64,000 nucleotides of DNA from Gracilinanus agilis (lineage: Eukaryota), in contig NC_058133.1 in the NCBI RefSeq assembly GCF_016433145.1, positions 384,296,990-384,360,989 of the forward strand, in the 5' to 3' direction. Below are positions 1 to 12,346 of the stretch, piece after piece (the first letter of the stretch is position 1; every line of letters starts with the position of its first letter). A program made the position numbers and the translations under genes. The notes beneath the pieces are model-generated. The model saw nothing but the letters and a program-made list of their open reading frames with translations, was not told where the DNA came from and ran no database searches.

Positions 1-61
1 TATGCACCTGGGTGACTTTAAAGTAACTAAATTAAATTAAATCAAAATTAAATTAAAAGTC

Positions 62-290
62 ATGATTGGGTGTAAATGAGATCCATAAGGAAGAAGTGAA
101 AGAGGGAAGCTGGCCAAGGACAGAATCATAGAGGACCCTCACATTCAAGGGGAAGGAGAAAAAAGTGAAATAGTGGAGGAGAGAGAGCACAAATGTGCTT
201 AGTCAATTAGAGAAGCAAAAGAAAGCTATGAAGTGTTGCCAAAGGAGGAGAAAATTAGCTCCTTTTGGAAGGCAGAGAAGGGAATGACAA
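62..290 (-). mobile_element. L2 LINE fragment (ORF2 region)
   Basis: Reverse complement reads ...gagggtcctctatgattctgtccttggccagcttccctc...ggatctcatttacaccc, resembling L2 sequence just upstream of the YADD motif. Confidence 0.6.
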
Positions 291-329
291 CAACTAAGAT
301 AAATGGCATTTATAAAGTGCATTAAATAC

Positions 330-495
330 CGTTAGTCCCACAACTATTTTATGAGGTAATCTCACAGGTATTATAATTCCCATTTTACAGATGATAAAAT
401 CAAAACTCAGATAAATTAAGTGATTTATCCTTTGTTAAATTGTTCATTAATGCCCCAAATAAGATTTTAATTCAAGACTTTTCTCATTTCAAACT
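330..495 (-). mobile_element. MIR (CORE SINE), old
   Basis: cccattttacagatgataaaatcaaaactcagataaattaagtgattt is a degenerate reverse-strand MIR core. Confidence 0.7.
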
Positions 496-639
496 TATTT
501 TATCTAACAGGTAATTTTAATAGAAAAAGGGAGAAGAACAGTTACAAGTATCACCCTTTAATTGTAAGTATCTTCTAAAGTTGTCTTTATCCATCTTTCC
601 TTTCTAACCTCTCTTCCTTGGTGATCTCATTAACTCCCA

Positions 640-800
640 TTTCTAACTTAGAATTATATAGACATAAATGTATATTGGAGTCATCTGCATAGTGATGATA
701 ATTGAATCCAGAGATGGAATAGAAAGATAAAATAAAAGGGCTCAGGGCAATGGATTGAAGACAGACAAGAGGAAATGAAAGCAATTCCATCCACATCACT
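640..800 (-). mobile_element. L2 reverse-transcriptase remnant
   Basis: ORF 587..799(-) contains SGFNYHHYADDSNI, matching the L2 RT motif GFNYHLYADDSQI. Confidence 0.85.
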
Positions 801-1104
801 TATACTAACATTTGAAGCTTTAACTACATTCATAAGCTGACTTGTTTATGATATATAAATTCTGACATCAATAATCTTTTCCAAACTAAAACATTAAGGA
901 AAAAGAAACATGCCTGCAAAACAAAAAAATTTAGATGACAAGCAAGTTATATTTTGGACAGGCCTAAAAATTGGTTTATTAAGCTGATATCTAATAATTG
1001 GATAAATACTTGATTTACTTCCTGAAATTCACATTTTATGTGCCTTGTGACAACAACAAAAAAACAAAATAAAGATTTCATAATGGAATAGTATTTGGTT
1101 TTGG

Positions 1105-1290
1105 TGCAGATCTATGATGTCATTATTGTCAAGAACTCTAAAATAAGGAAAAGTTCTCTACCAATAGGGCTCTAAGAAGTTAAATAATTATTTAGGTGTC
1201 ATAAAGTTGAGCCTAAATAATTATTTAACTTCTGTGAGCTTGAGCCTAGTTCTCCTTAACTCTGAAATCAACTCTTTATCTACTTTGATA
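1105..1290 (-). mobile_element. CORE SINE (MIR/MdoRep1-like), rearranged
   Basis: Tail-like gatctatgatgtcatt...ttctctaccaat, then core-like aagttaaataatt...gtcataaag and head-like tgagcctagttctccttaactctgaaatc. Confidence 0.5.
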
Positions 1291-3529
1291 TGTGATCTCT
1301 AGAAGGGTTTCCAAAATAATCAAGAAAACCTGTTACAAAAAAAAAAAAGGCTGACTTAAAACCAATTATTGATTCTTCAGCATTTTGATCTTTCTCCACA
1401 TGGACTTGTAAGGAAAAAGCCTTTTGTTAAGATTACAGAATCTCAACTAAGAAATCATCTAGTTCAACTCCTTTTTCAAAGTGTTCAGCCTCAGTTCTGA
1501 AGCTTTGAAGGGCACAGAAGTGGAATGCCCCTTCACCAAAAAAAAAAAAAAAAACAAAAAAAAAAACCCTATAGATCTATGTTGAGAGATAGATATAGAT
1601 ATCAGATAATGAGACTACAAAATCTTAACACTTGTTTTTCTTAATGCCAGAAAATGATCCAATATTCAAATTCCTCATTTTGCATATTAGTATATCAGAT
1701 CCCTCTCATTCTAATGCTAGAATTATGTCAGGTTAGATTAAAATTTGTTTTACGTTCATGTTTTTTTTTTCCTTAGCTTTCATTATTGCTAATTCTACCT
1801 CTTAGGCAGAACAATTCTTGCTACTTCTCATCCAGTTTTCCCCAACTCATTTGCTCTTTGCATATGTCCTCATACCTCTCTCTGGCTCAAAGTTGCTAAC
1901 CCTAACCCCCTAAAATTGTTTTCTCTTAATTCCTTCTTCCCCTTCATTCACCCTTCCCTCTCTCTTTCTCTGTATTTTCTGTACTTTAATAATTTTAGGA
2001 GCAAGTTGATAAAAACACAAAATGGTTAGAAAACATTAAATTTTGGTCACGTGGAAAGAATATAGAACTGAGAGTCAGAAAAACTTGACTTCTAATTGTA
2101 GCTTTGCTTATCCTTACCCATCAGATCCTTCCTTGGTACATTTCAGCCTCCAAAACTCTCACCTTCTAAATATAAAATAAGCAAATGATCTATAAACCTC
2201 TCCAGTTTGGAGTTGTTATAACTACAGTGAATTAGTGAGTGCTTGGTCTAGGATACATTCAAAGGAATTTTTTTATGGGGGTGGGGGGGTCAGATAGACT
2301 TGTGATCCCATCATCATTGTGAAGAACTCCTGGTTCCATTTATCACTGCAAAGAATGACCGTCATAACTTTCAGGCTTAGAGTTGCCCTAGTCACTGAGA
2401 GGTCCATAATCATACAACTAGTATGTTTTCAAGATACCATCTGAAACACTGGCTTGTATTTCCAAGGCTAGTCTTCTTTCCATTATAACATCTTTATACA
2501 AAAAGATGAAAAGATAAGGATGGAAGAAGCAAGTCAGGCTCAAGGTATCCAATTACTTATATGTGTTAGAGGAAGGTCTAACACCAAGCAGTTTCTTAAT
2601 TCTAGTTCAATGCTGGAACAAAATGAGACACTTACAAATCCTTGAACAGTTTAAAAGGAGGTTTATTTTGACTTAACTGCAACACAACATGAAAACGATC
2701 TGCAGCATATTTTTTAATCCTGCTTAGAATATTTTAGTTACCTCTTCTCTTTGACCAATATATGAATTTTGGGGGATAACAAAGTCATTTTATAATGAGT
2801 TTGAACAAACTTAAAGGAGAAATATCTGAATATTGGCAGAAAGATGATTATTTAATTCAATTTAACATATTTGATTTTTTAAATCATCCACTGTTTTGTA
2901 TCATCCCAATAGTACAATGGATAAATACAGAGCAATAAGAACTATTGAAATATCCAGATTAGTGTCTACTAATAAGTAATAAGGGAAACACATACATAGA
3001 CACATAAATATATATACACACACTCCTAGGGAAAAAAAACTCAGAAAACTTGAGAGCCTGGATATCATCTAGTCTAACACATTAATTTCACAGATTTCAG
3101 ATAAGTATTGCAGTGGCTCACCCGAAGTCACCCATTGAAAAGGCAGTTTCTTTTCTCAAAATCATGCTCCTTTTTCTAGACTAGCAAGGCAAAGAGACTG
3201 CTTTTAGAATGATCAAGTACAGTGTTCATAGTCGACCTCTGACACTGAGTAATTATTTCAAGTCATCTGAATTCTCTCTCCAGTCATCTTCTCAACAATC
3301 TCACCATATTCTTTATCGACCATGTTTCACTTTACTCCTTACTCCCTAGCTAGCAGCTAGCATCTCAAGAACCTCGTCAAACCACCTTACAGCCTGCCAC
3401 AAACTAACCTTCCATCTCAACTCCTGTCCCACTTCTAGAACCTTTATCAAATCAATTTTTCCATTGATCGTTAAAAGACAGAACTAATTAATTCCCCTCT
3501 CATCAAAAGCAGCCCCTCACTCACCAGGA

Positions 3530-3688
3530 CTCCTCTATGTGCACTGATTTTACAAATTAGAATGAATATAATTTTCTGGAGAGCAAGGACTTACTTTTGA
3601 TTTGCTTTTGAATCTGTGGTCTCAGAACTTAGCACAGTGCTTAAACCACTCATGTGCTTAGTAGATGCTTTTTTTCATTCATTCATTT
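3530..3688 (+). mobile_element. L2 3' end
   Basis: ttagaatgaata...cttagcacagtgctt...gcttagtagatgc followed by the (ttca)n terminus typical of L2. Confidence 0.75.
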
Positions 3689-3704
3689 AAAAGGCACAGT
3701 TTCA

Positions 3705-3891
3705 GGGGCAGCTGGGTAACTCAGTGGATTTAGAGCCAGACCTAGAGATGGGAGGTCTTAGGTTCAAATCTTGCCTCAGATACTTCCTAGCTGTGTGACC
3801 TTGGGCAAGTCCACTCTTCTGCCTTAGAACACAGTATTGATTCTAAGACAGAAGGTAAGGGTTCTAAAAATAAAATAAAATAAAATAAAAT
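3705..3891 (+). mobile_element. SINE1_Mdo-type SINE, long tail, internally deleted
   Basis: ggggcagctgggtaactcagtgg (box A), ggttcaaatc (box B) and a (taaaa)n tail. TSD aaaaggca[c/g]agtttc at 3689-3703 and 3892-3906. Lacks ~28 nt between gggcaagtc and cactcttct. Confidence 0.95.
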
Positions 3892-5589
3892 AAAAGGCAG
3901 AGTTTCCCTCTTTGTAAAATGGAGTTGCATTATTTGACCTTTTAGATTCATTTTAGCTTTAAATCTGTGGTCCTATGATTACTTTGTACCTATCTTAATA
4001 GCTAGATACTAGCAAAAGAAGCATTAAAACCACAAAGTATTACCCTAAAATCACTTTTCCTAGGCTCCTCTTTTATACTTTCCAATATATTCCTAACCCT
4101 CAACTATATTCCCCATAATAAGATTTCACTTTGACAACATCTCTGTGAGCACAGAAATTTTAATATAGCACCAATAAACCTTATCGAACAACAACTAAAA
4201 AACAAATACATTTTTCCTTTAAATGGAGCTTTATTGGAGGTATGGAACCAATGTGACAAAGGGAGGGGTAGGATCATTAAGGCCCTGAAGAAATCTTAAC
4301 ATTGAATAATTTTTTAACATTATGTTGATTTATTTTGTTAAAATATTATAAAATGTGTTTCAGGTGGAAAGTAAAATAAATATTCCATTATTGCAAAGAT
4401 TATTATTTTCTTTGTTTTAGAGAATATATGTGTATGTATCTATATACATATATATTTAAATATATATTAAATCTTAGCAGTACTGACTATTAAAAAAAAA
4501 GGAAAGCTATAATTCCAAGTCTAATATTGTATATAATTCTATGGTTTATACTAGCTCTGTAAGAACAGTATTATTTATTGGGTAGCCACTAAATCTGATG
4601 GCTATAAAGATCTGGCTTTTCCTTTGAAAATACTCCTTTAACCACCTATTTATCTGCACTAAGTTTGCCTGGTAACTGCTGTTTGGGCTGCTCTCAAGGA
4701 GCACTTAGAATAGTGCCTATTTAAACAAAAGGTGCTTTAGGCACAATGCTAATTAACTGACTTCCCCCACTTTCATCAAATATACTGTAGTAGTACTTAA
4801 CAGTACTGCTATTCCAAATACCTTCCTGGGATTCTTTTCATAGTTACCCCATTTCACTTCATACCTTAGTAACTTAATAAAAATTGACAAAACTAGTACA
4901 CTGTGACCTTGAGTAAATCACTTTTTTTCATAATCTATAATCACTCACCACCAATTAGCTAACCCTAAATTCATACTAGATATTTTCAAATTGAATGTCC
5001 CTTAGTTATTTCACACTCAATATGTCCAAAGCAGAATTCATTATCTTTCTCTACCTCCAAATCCCTGATTACTGTAGAACAAAGATATCAAGTCTGGCTG
5101 CTAAAATTGACTAGTTTGGAATATAAAAATTAATATCATATGTATTACTTAATACATATTATAAAATTAATATATTTGCCATATTTGCTATAATATTTAA
5201 TTGGTATACTATATAATTGATGTATGAATCAATATAATAATGGGAAAATACTTTACAATAAAACAGAGGTCATGTTAATCCGGGAATTTCTAATTCAATA
5301 TGCAGCTCATAGGCATCTATTTCAATTTTAGTTAGATAAGACTGCTATGGCTGTCAATACTATCCATTCCATCCAGTAAACCAGGTCAATCCTTAGTTTC
5401 CTTTTCAATTCCAGAGTCTCCTAAATTTTGTCTTTTCTACCTTCACAATTTCTTTTCCCTTTTTTCAACTCACAGAGGCATCACTCTGGTTTGGGGCCTC
5501 ATCACCTCTTTAGATTATTATTTGGATTATTATGCCAGCCTCATTTCTCTCTCATTTCCAATCGACTTCTAAACTTAAGGTTGTAAAGT

Positions 5590-5850
5590 AAAACCTCATA
5601 CTCATTTTATTTTGTATTTCTCAGATTAACCATATTCTGAAGCATTTTTTCAGACATTTGTTAATATCTTAAATTTCTTCCTTTGAAAACTGCTTGTTCA
5701 TATCTTTTTACCATTTATCTTCTAGGACATGGCTTTTATCATCATAAAATTCAGCAATATCATATATCTTGGATTACATGTTTCACTTATAATTTTAATT
5801 CCATTTGATTTGTTTTAAAAAACGCCCAATTTTACATAATCAAAAATTTT
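5590..5850 (-). mobile_element. L1 ORF2 fragment, old
   Basis: gaagcatttttt...ttcctttgaaaactgcttgttcatatc is typical antisense marsupial L1 ORF2. Confidence 0.7.
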
Positions 5851-5858
5851 TCTATATT

Positions 5859-6047
5859 TTTTTTTATTTTTATTTTTTAAACCCTTAACTTCTGTGTATT
5901 GGTTCCTAGGCAGAAGAGTGGTAAGGGTAGGCAATGGGGGTCAAGTTGACTTGCCCAGGGTCACACAACTGGGAAGTGTCTGAGGCCAGATTATGACCTC
6001 CCCTCTCTAGGCCTGACTCCCAATCCATTGAGATACCCAGCTGCCCC
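5859..6047 (-). mobile_element. SINE1_Mdo-type SINE, short tail
   Basis: acccttaacttctgtgtattgg...cccagctgcccc. TSD ttct[a/g]tatt at 5850-5858 and 6048-6056. Small deletion at box B. Confidence 0.95.
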
Positions 6048-7254
6048 TTCTGTATTCTTAAAGGACACTGGATTTCAAATCTATTAATTGAGGTCCTAGC
6101 TTTAGCTCTTTCTAAATTTCCTTGTGTGACCATGAGCAAGCAATTCAAGTTTTTCTGAGTTAAATTTCCCCCATATGAAATGAAGATAACTATTTTGTTG
6201 TGAAAATTATAAACATGACTTTAAGTCAATACATATTAAATAAACCAAAATTTTGCTGGATAATCCAACATTATATAACTAAATATAGAGATTAACTTTT
6301 CCCAAAAGTTAATGATCCAAGAAATCTCCTATTGAGCTATCTAGAGAACATGAAGTAGCTCAGAAGCACTTACTTAAAAGCAATTAATAATTAAAAAGTT
6401 AATTACAATTTACCTATATAGATTCTTTAAGATCAAAAAGAATAAGGGTTCTTCTAGCCAAATAACTTGAGTTTTGTTTTTGTTCTGGAACTGATTCTTA
6501 GATTTAACCTTAACAGAAAAGAAAGTCATTCCTTTAAAAAATTATTTTGTGATACAGACTTTTAAATAATGCATCCAGTTTACTCTCTCTAATATATGCT
6601 TCTCTTGACTCTTCTTCCCCTTCATAAAGCAGGAAAAAAGGCCATTCTGTATTATCACATTTTATCATAACTAGATTTCCAGAAATAATACTGTAACTTA
6701 AATATTTTAATATAGGTTGCTTAAGATTTTAAAAGCTTGTACAGATGTTATCAAATGTATATTTTTAAATTACTTTACTTTTTTCAGACCTGTACGTGCA
6801 CAGTGAATTCCAGTGTGTACTGTGAAAAAAAAAGATACAAGGCATAGTGAATTATAGGTTGTACAGTGAAAAACTAAGTGAACTAAGCATCTTTGTTCTC
6901 AATATAAATGCTACACAATAAGCAAAAAATAATCCTTCATCTTAGATTCTCAGTATTTTTTTTGATTATAAGAACTTTAAAATTCTAGAAATAGATGAGA
7001 AATTAGTCAATAGAGCTACAATTTAAATTAAACTAAATTATTTTGAATGTCTTCCTGAAAAGTTATCCAACAGAGATTAAGCCTTGTCAGGTTAAGAATG
7101 GATACAGGAACATTTCATATAATGAAAAAAAAAAAAAACTGAGGAGGCAATCAGCATTTCAAGCAAATATAAGGATAGATATGCAATCATTTACAGCAAG
7201 TGGGAATAAAACCTAAACTTATTCCTTATTCAGTCACTTTAAAGATATAATCTA

Positions 7255-8895
7255 GTTGTTTGTTTGTTTTTGGAAGAATAAAAGATCCAAAATATCAAGG
7301 GAAATAAAGAAAAAAAAACATGAAGGAAGGTGGCCTAGCAGTACCAGATATTAAGCTCTACTACAAAGCAGTGGTCATCAAAACAATATAGTACTGGCTA
7401 AGAGACAGAAGGGAGGATCAGTGGAATAGACTTGGAGAAAGTGATGTCAGCAAAACAGTGTATGATAAACCCAAAAAGGCCAACTTTTGGGACAAAAATC
7501 CACTATTTGGCAAAAACTGTTGGGAAAATTGAAAAGAATATGGGAGAGATTAGGTTTAGATCAACATCTCACAACCTACACCAAGATAAATTCAGAATGA
7601 GTGAAAGACTTGAATATAAAGAGGGAAACTACAAATAAGTTAAGTGAACACAGAATAGTATACTTGTCAGATCTGTGGGAAAGGAAAGACTTTAAAACCA
7701 AGCAAGAGTTAGAGAAAATTACAAAATGTAAAATAAATAATTTGGATTATATTAAATTAAAAAGGTTTTGTACAAACAAAATCAATGCAACCAAAATCAG
7801 AAAGGAAACAACAAACTGGGAAAAAATCTTTATAAAAAAATTCTGACAGAGGTCTAATTACTCAAATATACAAGGAACTAAATCAATTTTATAAAAAAAA
7901 AAATCAAGCCATTCCCCAACTGATAAATGGGCAAGAGACTTGAATAGGCAATTTTCAGATAAAGAAATCAAAAGTATCAATAAGCATATGAGAAAGTGTT
8001 CTAAATCTCTAATAATTAGAGAAATGCAAATCAAAACAACTCTAAGGTATCACCTCACACATAGAAGATTGGCTAAAATGATAGCAGGGGAGAGTCATTA
8101 CAACATTCATTAATGTTGGAGGGGATGTGGCAAAATTGGGACATTAATGCACTGCTGGTGGAGTTGTGAACAGATCCAACCATTCTGGATGGCAATTTGG
8201 AATTATGCCCAAAGAGTGATAAAAGAATGCCTGCCCTTTGATCCAGCTATACCATTGCTGGGTTTATACCCAAAAGATATCATAAACAGACTTTTACAAA
8301 AATATTTATAGCCACGCTCTTTGTGGTGGCAAAAAACTGGAAAGTAAGGGTATGCCCTTCAATTGGGGAATGGCTGAACAAATTGTGGTATATGTTGGTA
8401 ATGGAATACTACTGTGCTCAAAGAAATAATAAACTGGGGGAATTCCAAATGAACTACTAAGACCTCCAGCAATTGATGCAGAGTGAAAGGAGCAGAGCCA
8501 GAAGAACATTGTACACAGAAACTGATATACTGTGGTAAAATAGAATGTAATGGACGTCTGTACTAGCAGCAATGCAGTGACCCAGGAGTTCTGAGGGTTT
8601 TATGGAAGGGAACACTAACCACATTCAGAGGAAGAGCTACAGGAGAGGAAACACAGAGGAGAAATAACTGCTTGGACACTTGGGTTGATGAGGACATGAT
8701 TGGGGATGTAGATCAGAAAGGACCACAACAACGCAACTATTAATAATATGTAAATAAGTCTTGATTGATGACACATATTAAAACCAAAAGAGATGGAAGC
8801 TGGCTATGGGGGGGAGTTTGAGGGGTTGTAGGGGAAAGTAAAAAAAATGAATCATGTAACCATGAAAATTTTTTCTCAAAAGAAAAAAAATTTAA
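7255..8895 (+). mobile_element. L1 (L1_Mdo-type), 5'-truncated: ORF2 C-terminus plus 3' UTR
   Basis: Frameshifted ORF2 pieces (e.g. YLSDLWERKDFKTKQELEKITKCKINNLDYIKLKRFCTNK), G-rich 3' UTR and A tail. TSD aaa[g/c]atataatcta at 7241-7254 and 8896-8909. Confidence 0.95.
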
Positions 8896-11099
8896 AAACA
8901 TATAATCTATTATATTTACACACACATACAAAAGAAAAAGTTCCCTTCCTTTCTAGTTGAATGATGGATGACACAGAAAGCCACAACATAGAGACTGAAC
9001 TATTGAAAGTCATATTTTTCACACTGATGACTTCTATTGACTCTCTAGTTAGAAGAATATAGTATCTTGACTTTTGCTATCATGTAATAGTGATGTTGGT
9101 TGATCCTTAAACCTTTTAGGACTTAAATACAGCATTAAGTCAGCTTCTATGAAGGCAGTCTAAACTAAAAATGAATGTCACCTAGGATAAATATGGTTAT
9201 TTGGGTAAGGGATACAAGGAAAGAAATGAGTAAATTATCCCCAAAAGACCCATATTCATGGCGTGATAATTTTGGGAGGTGTCTTTCTTGTCTCTCAGGG
9301 GGTAAGATGAAGGACACTAAATCCAAATATATTTAAGTTTTTTCATTAGCATTTTCTATTTCCTTTCAATATTTAAATAAGAACCTTCACAATCCAAATT
9401 CTATTTGGTCCTGCAGTGAAGTCAAACATGAGTTCGTGGCATCATTTTGTTGCCATGGAAATAATTGAGATGTCACTATTTCAGCACTATGACTTCACCA
9501 TAAGAGCAGATGGGCTGAAAAAGGAAAGATCTTTACCAACAGTTCTCTTTGATAATTAGCCAAAGTGTCAGGTGGTATTATTTAATATACGTAGGTGAAA
9601 ATCACATTTGGTGTGAACTTAGGGGTAAGCTCTATTTGAGCACTCACATGTCATAAAAATTTTTAATTATTTTCTTTATTAAGAAAACTTTTTTTCAAAT
9701 CACAAAAGCACAAAATTCTGATTTATTTTCTCCTGCCATTCATCTAAACTGTTTTTATACTTCATAACTATATAGATAACAAAGTTCAGAATAGATCAAA
9801 TGAGACGAAAAAATACTCATAAACAGTGAAACAGGTGACAACAGTGCTTTTCAAATCTTTGAATAAATTAAAGCAGGTGTTGAAAATGCTGGAAAGGAGT
9901 TTCTAAATCCTTTATTTATCATTAATTACAACACAATTAAATGTGTATTAATTTAGAACCCAAGGTCATAGGATCACAGATTTAGAATTGCAAATGACAA
10001 GTCATCTAGTCCATTTTGTTCATTTAACTACTGAATACTGAGACCAAGAGTAGGTAAAATGACTTGCTCAGGGACCTACAGGTAATAACAAAGTCCAGAT
10101 TTGCTATATGGCTGGTCATGTCCCACCACTCCTTTGCATCTGCATCTAAAAATTGTCTATCACATATATGTGTATCATATAATATGAAAGAGCACATAAC
10201 TATTGCCCTCACAATATTTATAAATATATTTAAGGTATTGGTAATTTAAAGCTCTTATTCTACCACCCACAGTTAGTCCTTTCTATCAAAACATAAAAAC
10301 ATAGTTCTTCACCATTGTGGGCTAATTATACCATCTGTTTAGCCACAGTACAGTAACACTAAGGCATACCACATTAACTCCTTAACATTCCCACATGGCA
10401 CTGCCTTGTGCTGCCCCCAAACTCCTTCAGACTGTCAAAAAGGCACAGACTGCACAGAAGGCAAAGAAATCAGTTTCCCAGGATTTGTATTCCCAACTTT
10501 CTCCCATGTTAGCAGAATTCTGAGGGCTCTGTGGGGACTTTAGTAATCTGACAATTTCCCTCCATCTCACCATAATACCTAGTGCCAGTTGTCAAGATTA
10601 GCAATAAAAAACATCAATCAACTCTCTTCCCCTTTCCCTCTAGTCCCTCCAAAGAAAGTGAGGTAAAGGTATAATAAGAGGAGCAAGAATTAAGGGAACA
10701 GAAGGAAGATTTGATCATCTGACCTTAAAATTAGACTGAGTATTTTTTCCACACACTCCCCTACATAGAATCCTTAACACACAGTAGATATTCACTTGTC
10801 TCTTGACTAACCAACCAAAAACTTAAGTAACTTTGCATCTTAAAAGAGTAAAAATGTGCCTCTGTAAAAAAAAAAATATTCGCCAAACACTGCACATATC
10901 ATTTAAAGCCACCAAACACATTTGGTTTTCTTGTTTGCCTCTTCATAGAAAGGAAATCTTTTGGAACAAGTCTTGGCACCCAGGAATTAACAAAACTAAG
11001 CTCATGTATCTAAAATGTATGCTACAGATTCAAGCATAAATATTTAAAGATAATAATAAACTCTAGATATGTTGTGATTTATGGCTTTCTACCTCCATA

Positions 11100-11460
11100 T
11101 ATATGGTTATCACTTAACTTATTATCCTACATCCAGGCTCTCTGTTTTTCACGCCAGCTTCCAAACAGCCACCACATTTCTATTCCATTCAAAAAGCATC
11201 AGTGATTCTTTATTGCTTCTAAGTTAAAATTCAAATCTCTCTTTTTGGCATTTCAAGCCCTCCACAATCTGGATATAAACTACCTTTCCAGACTTCCTCA
11301 TATTACTTATTCCTCCTCACACCATGTTTCAATCAAACCAGCCTACCTGCTTTCTTATTTCCTACAAGCCATTGCTATGACAGCAAAATTCTTCCTTCCT
11401 CATCTTCATCTTTTGGGATCCCTAACTTCTTTCAATTTTTAGCTTAAGGTCCATCTTTAA
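11100..11460 (+). mobile_element. L2 fragment (ORF2 end / 3' region)
   Basis: aaattcaaatctctctttttggcatttcaagccctccacaatctgg...cctttccagacttc; translates as MAFQALHNLDINYLSRL, an L2 ORF2-like C-terminus. Confidence 0.75.
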
Positions 11461-11618
11461 AGTATAAAATTCTTTGCTCCGATTCACTCTGAGTATGTAC
11501 TCCTATTAAGATCTTTCCCCTAGTTTATGGCTGTCTCCCTTATATGACAGTAGTTCCTTATGTGTCCAAATCCTGTCAGCCTATTGCCACAGAATGCGTA
11601 AGATACACATACGCACAT

Positions 11619-11623
<5 letters not shown>

Positions 11624-11665
<42 letters not shown>
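11624..11665 (+). repeat. (CA)21 microsatellite
   Basis: Perfect CA run. Confidence 0.99.
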
Positions 11666-11667
<2 letters not shown>

Positions 11668-12159
11668 TGCTTGCTGCATTATAAGGTAATAAAGCTTCTG
11701 CTTGTACTACCTTCCTGAGTACCGATTTTCTATAAATGCTTGAACCTACATCTTTTCTCTAACCTAAGGGGGAGGTGGGCAAAAAAGCATGTATGTATAT
11801 ATAAACATACATGCACACACATGTTGTTTACTATCAAGAAACTGCAACCGCTTTGAGCACAACTATTTATACTATTTTCTTTGTACTCCTGGAAGATTTT
11901 TTAAAAATATTTTAAAATTAATTAAATTATTTAATTTCTTCTGCATAATAATCTTGTAAAAAGGGTTATGCAATTCCATATATTACAATCCTTATTTTAA
12001 AAAAGAGGATACTGATTTCATGGGAAAGTTAAAATTGATTTGCACAAGGTCACATGAACCAAATTGCAAAGTCCTGTCTTCTGATTTCCAAGTCAATTAT
12101 TCTTTTTAATAATATTTCATAGTAACTCAAACGCCAATCATTACCTTTGTCTTATTCTG

Positions 12160-12346
12160 TCTGCATTATGGGTTAATGTTTCAAGTAGTTATATGACCAT
12201 ACGCAACTCTTGACTCTCTTTGCCTCCATTTTCTCATCTGGAAAATGAGCTGGAAAAGGAAATGGCAAACCACTCTAATATCTTTGCCAATAAATCCACT
12301 AAAAGTGGGCCACAAAAATTTGAAAACAAATGAAAATGACTAAACA
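12160..12346 (+). mobile_element. MAR1 SINE (CORE plus RTE tail)
   Basis: ttctcatctggaaaatgagctggaaaaggaaatggcaaaccactctaatatctttgcc is the RTE-derived MAR1 tail. Confidence 0.85.

Noticed and set aside
511-563. Plus-strand 53-nt exon candidate (cag|GTAATT...ATT|gtaagt; NFNRKREKNSYKYHPLI)
   Set aside because: Isolated, between MIR and L2 remnants, and opposite to the apparent strand bias; no partner exons found.
1538-1566. Orphan poly-A run suggesting a processed pseudogene tail
   Set aside because: No TSD and no recognisable cDNA upstream.
6789-6818. 30-nt minus-strand microexon candidate (HTGIHCART)
   Set aside because: Weak donor gtctga; the flank ttttcagacctgt resembles an MdoRep1-like tail end.
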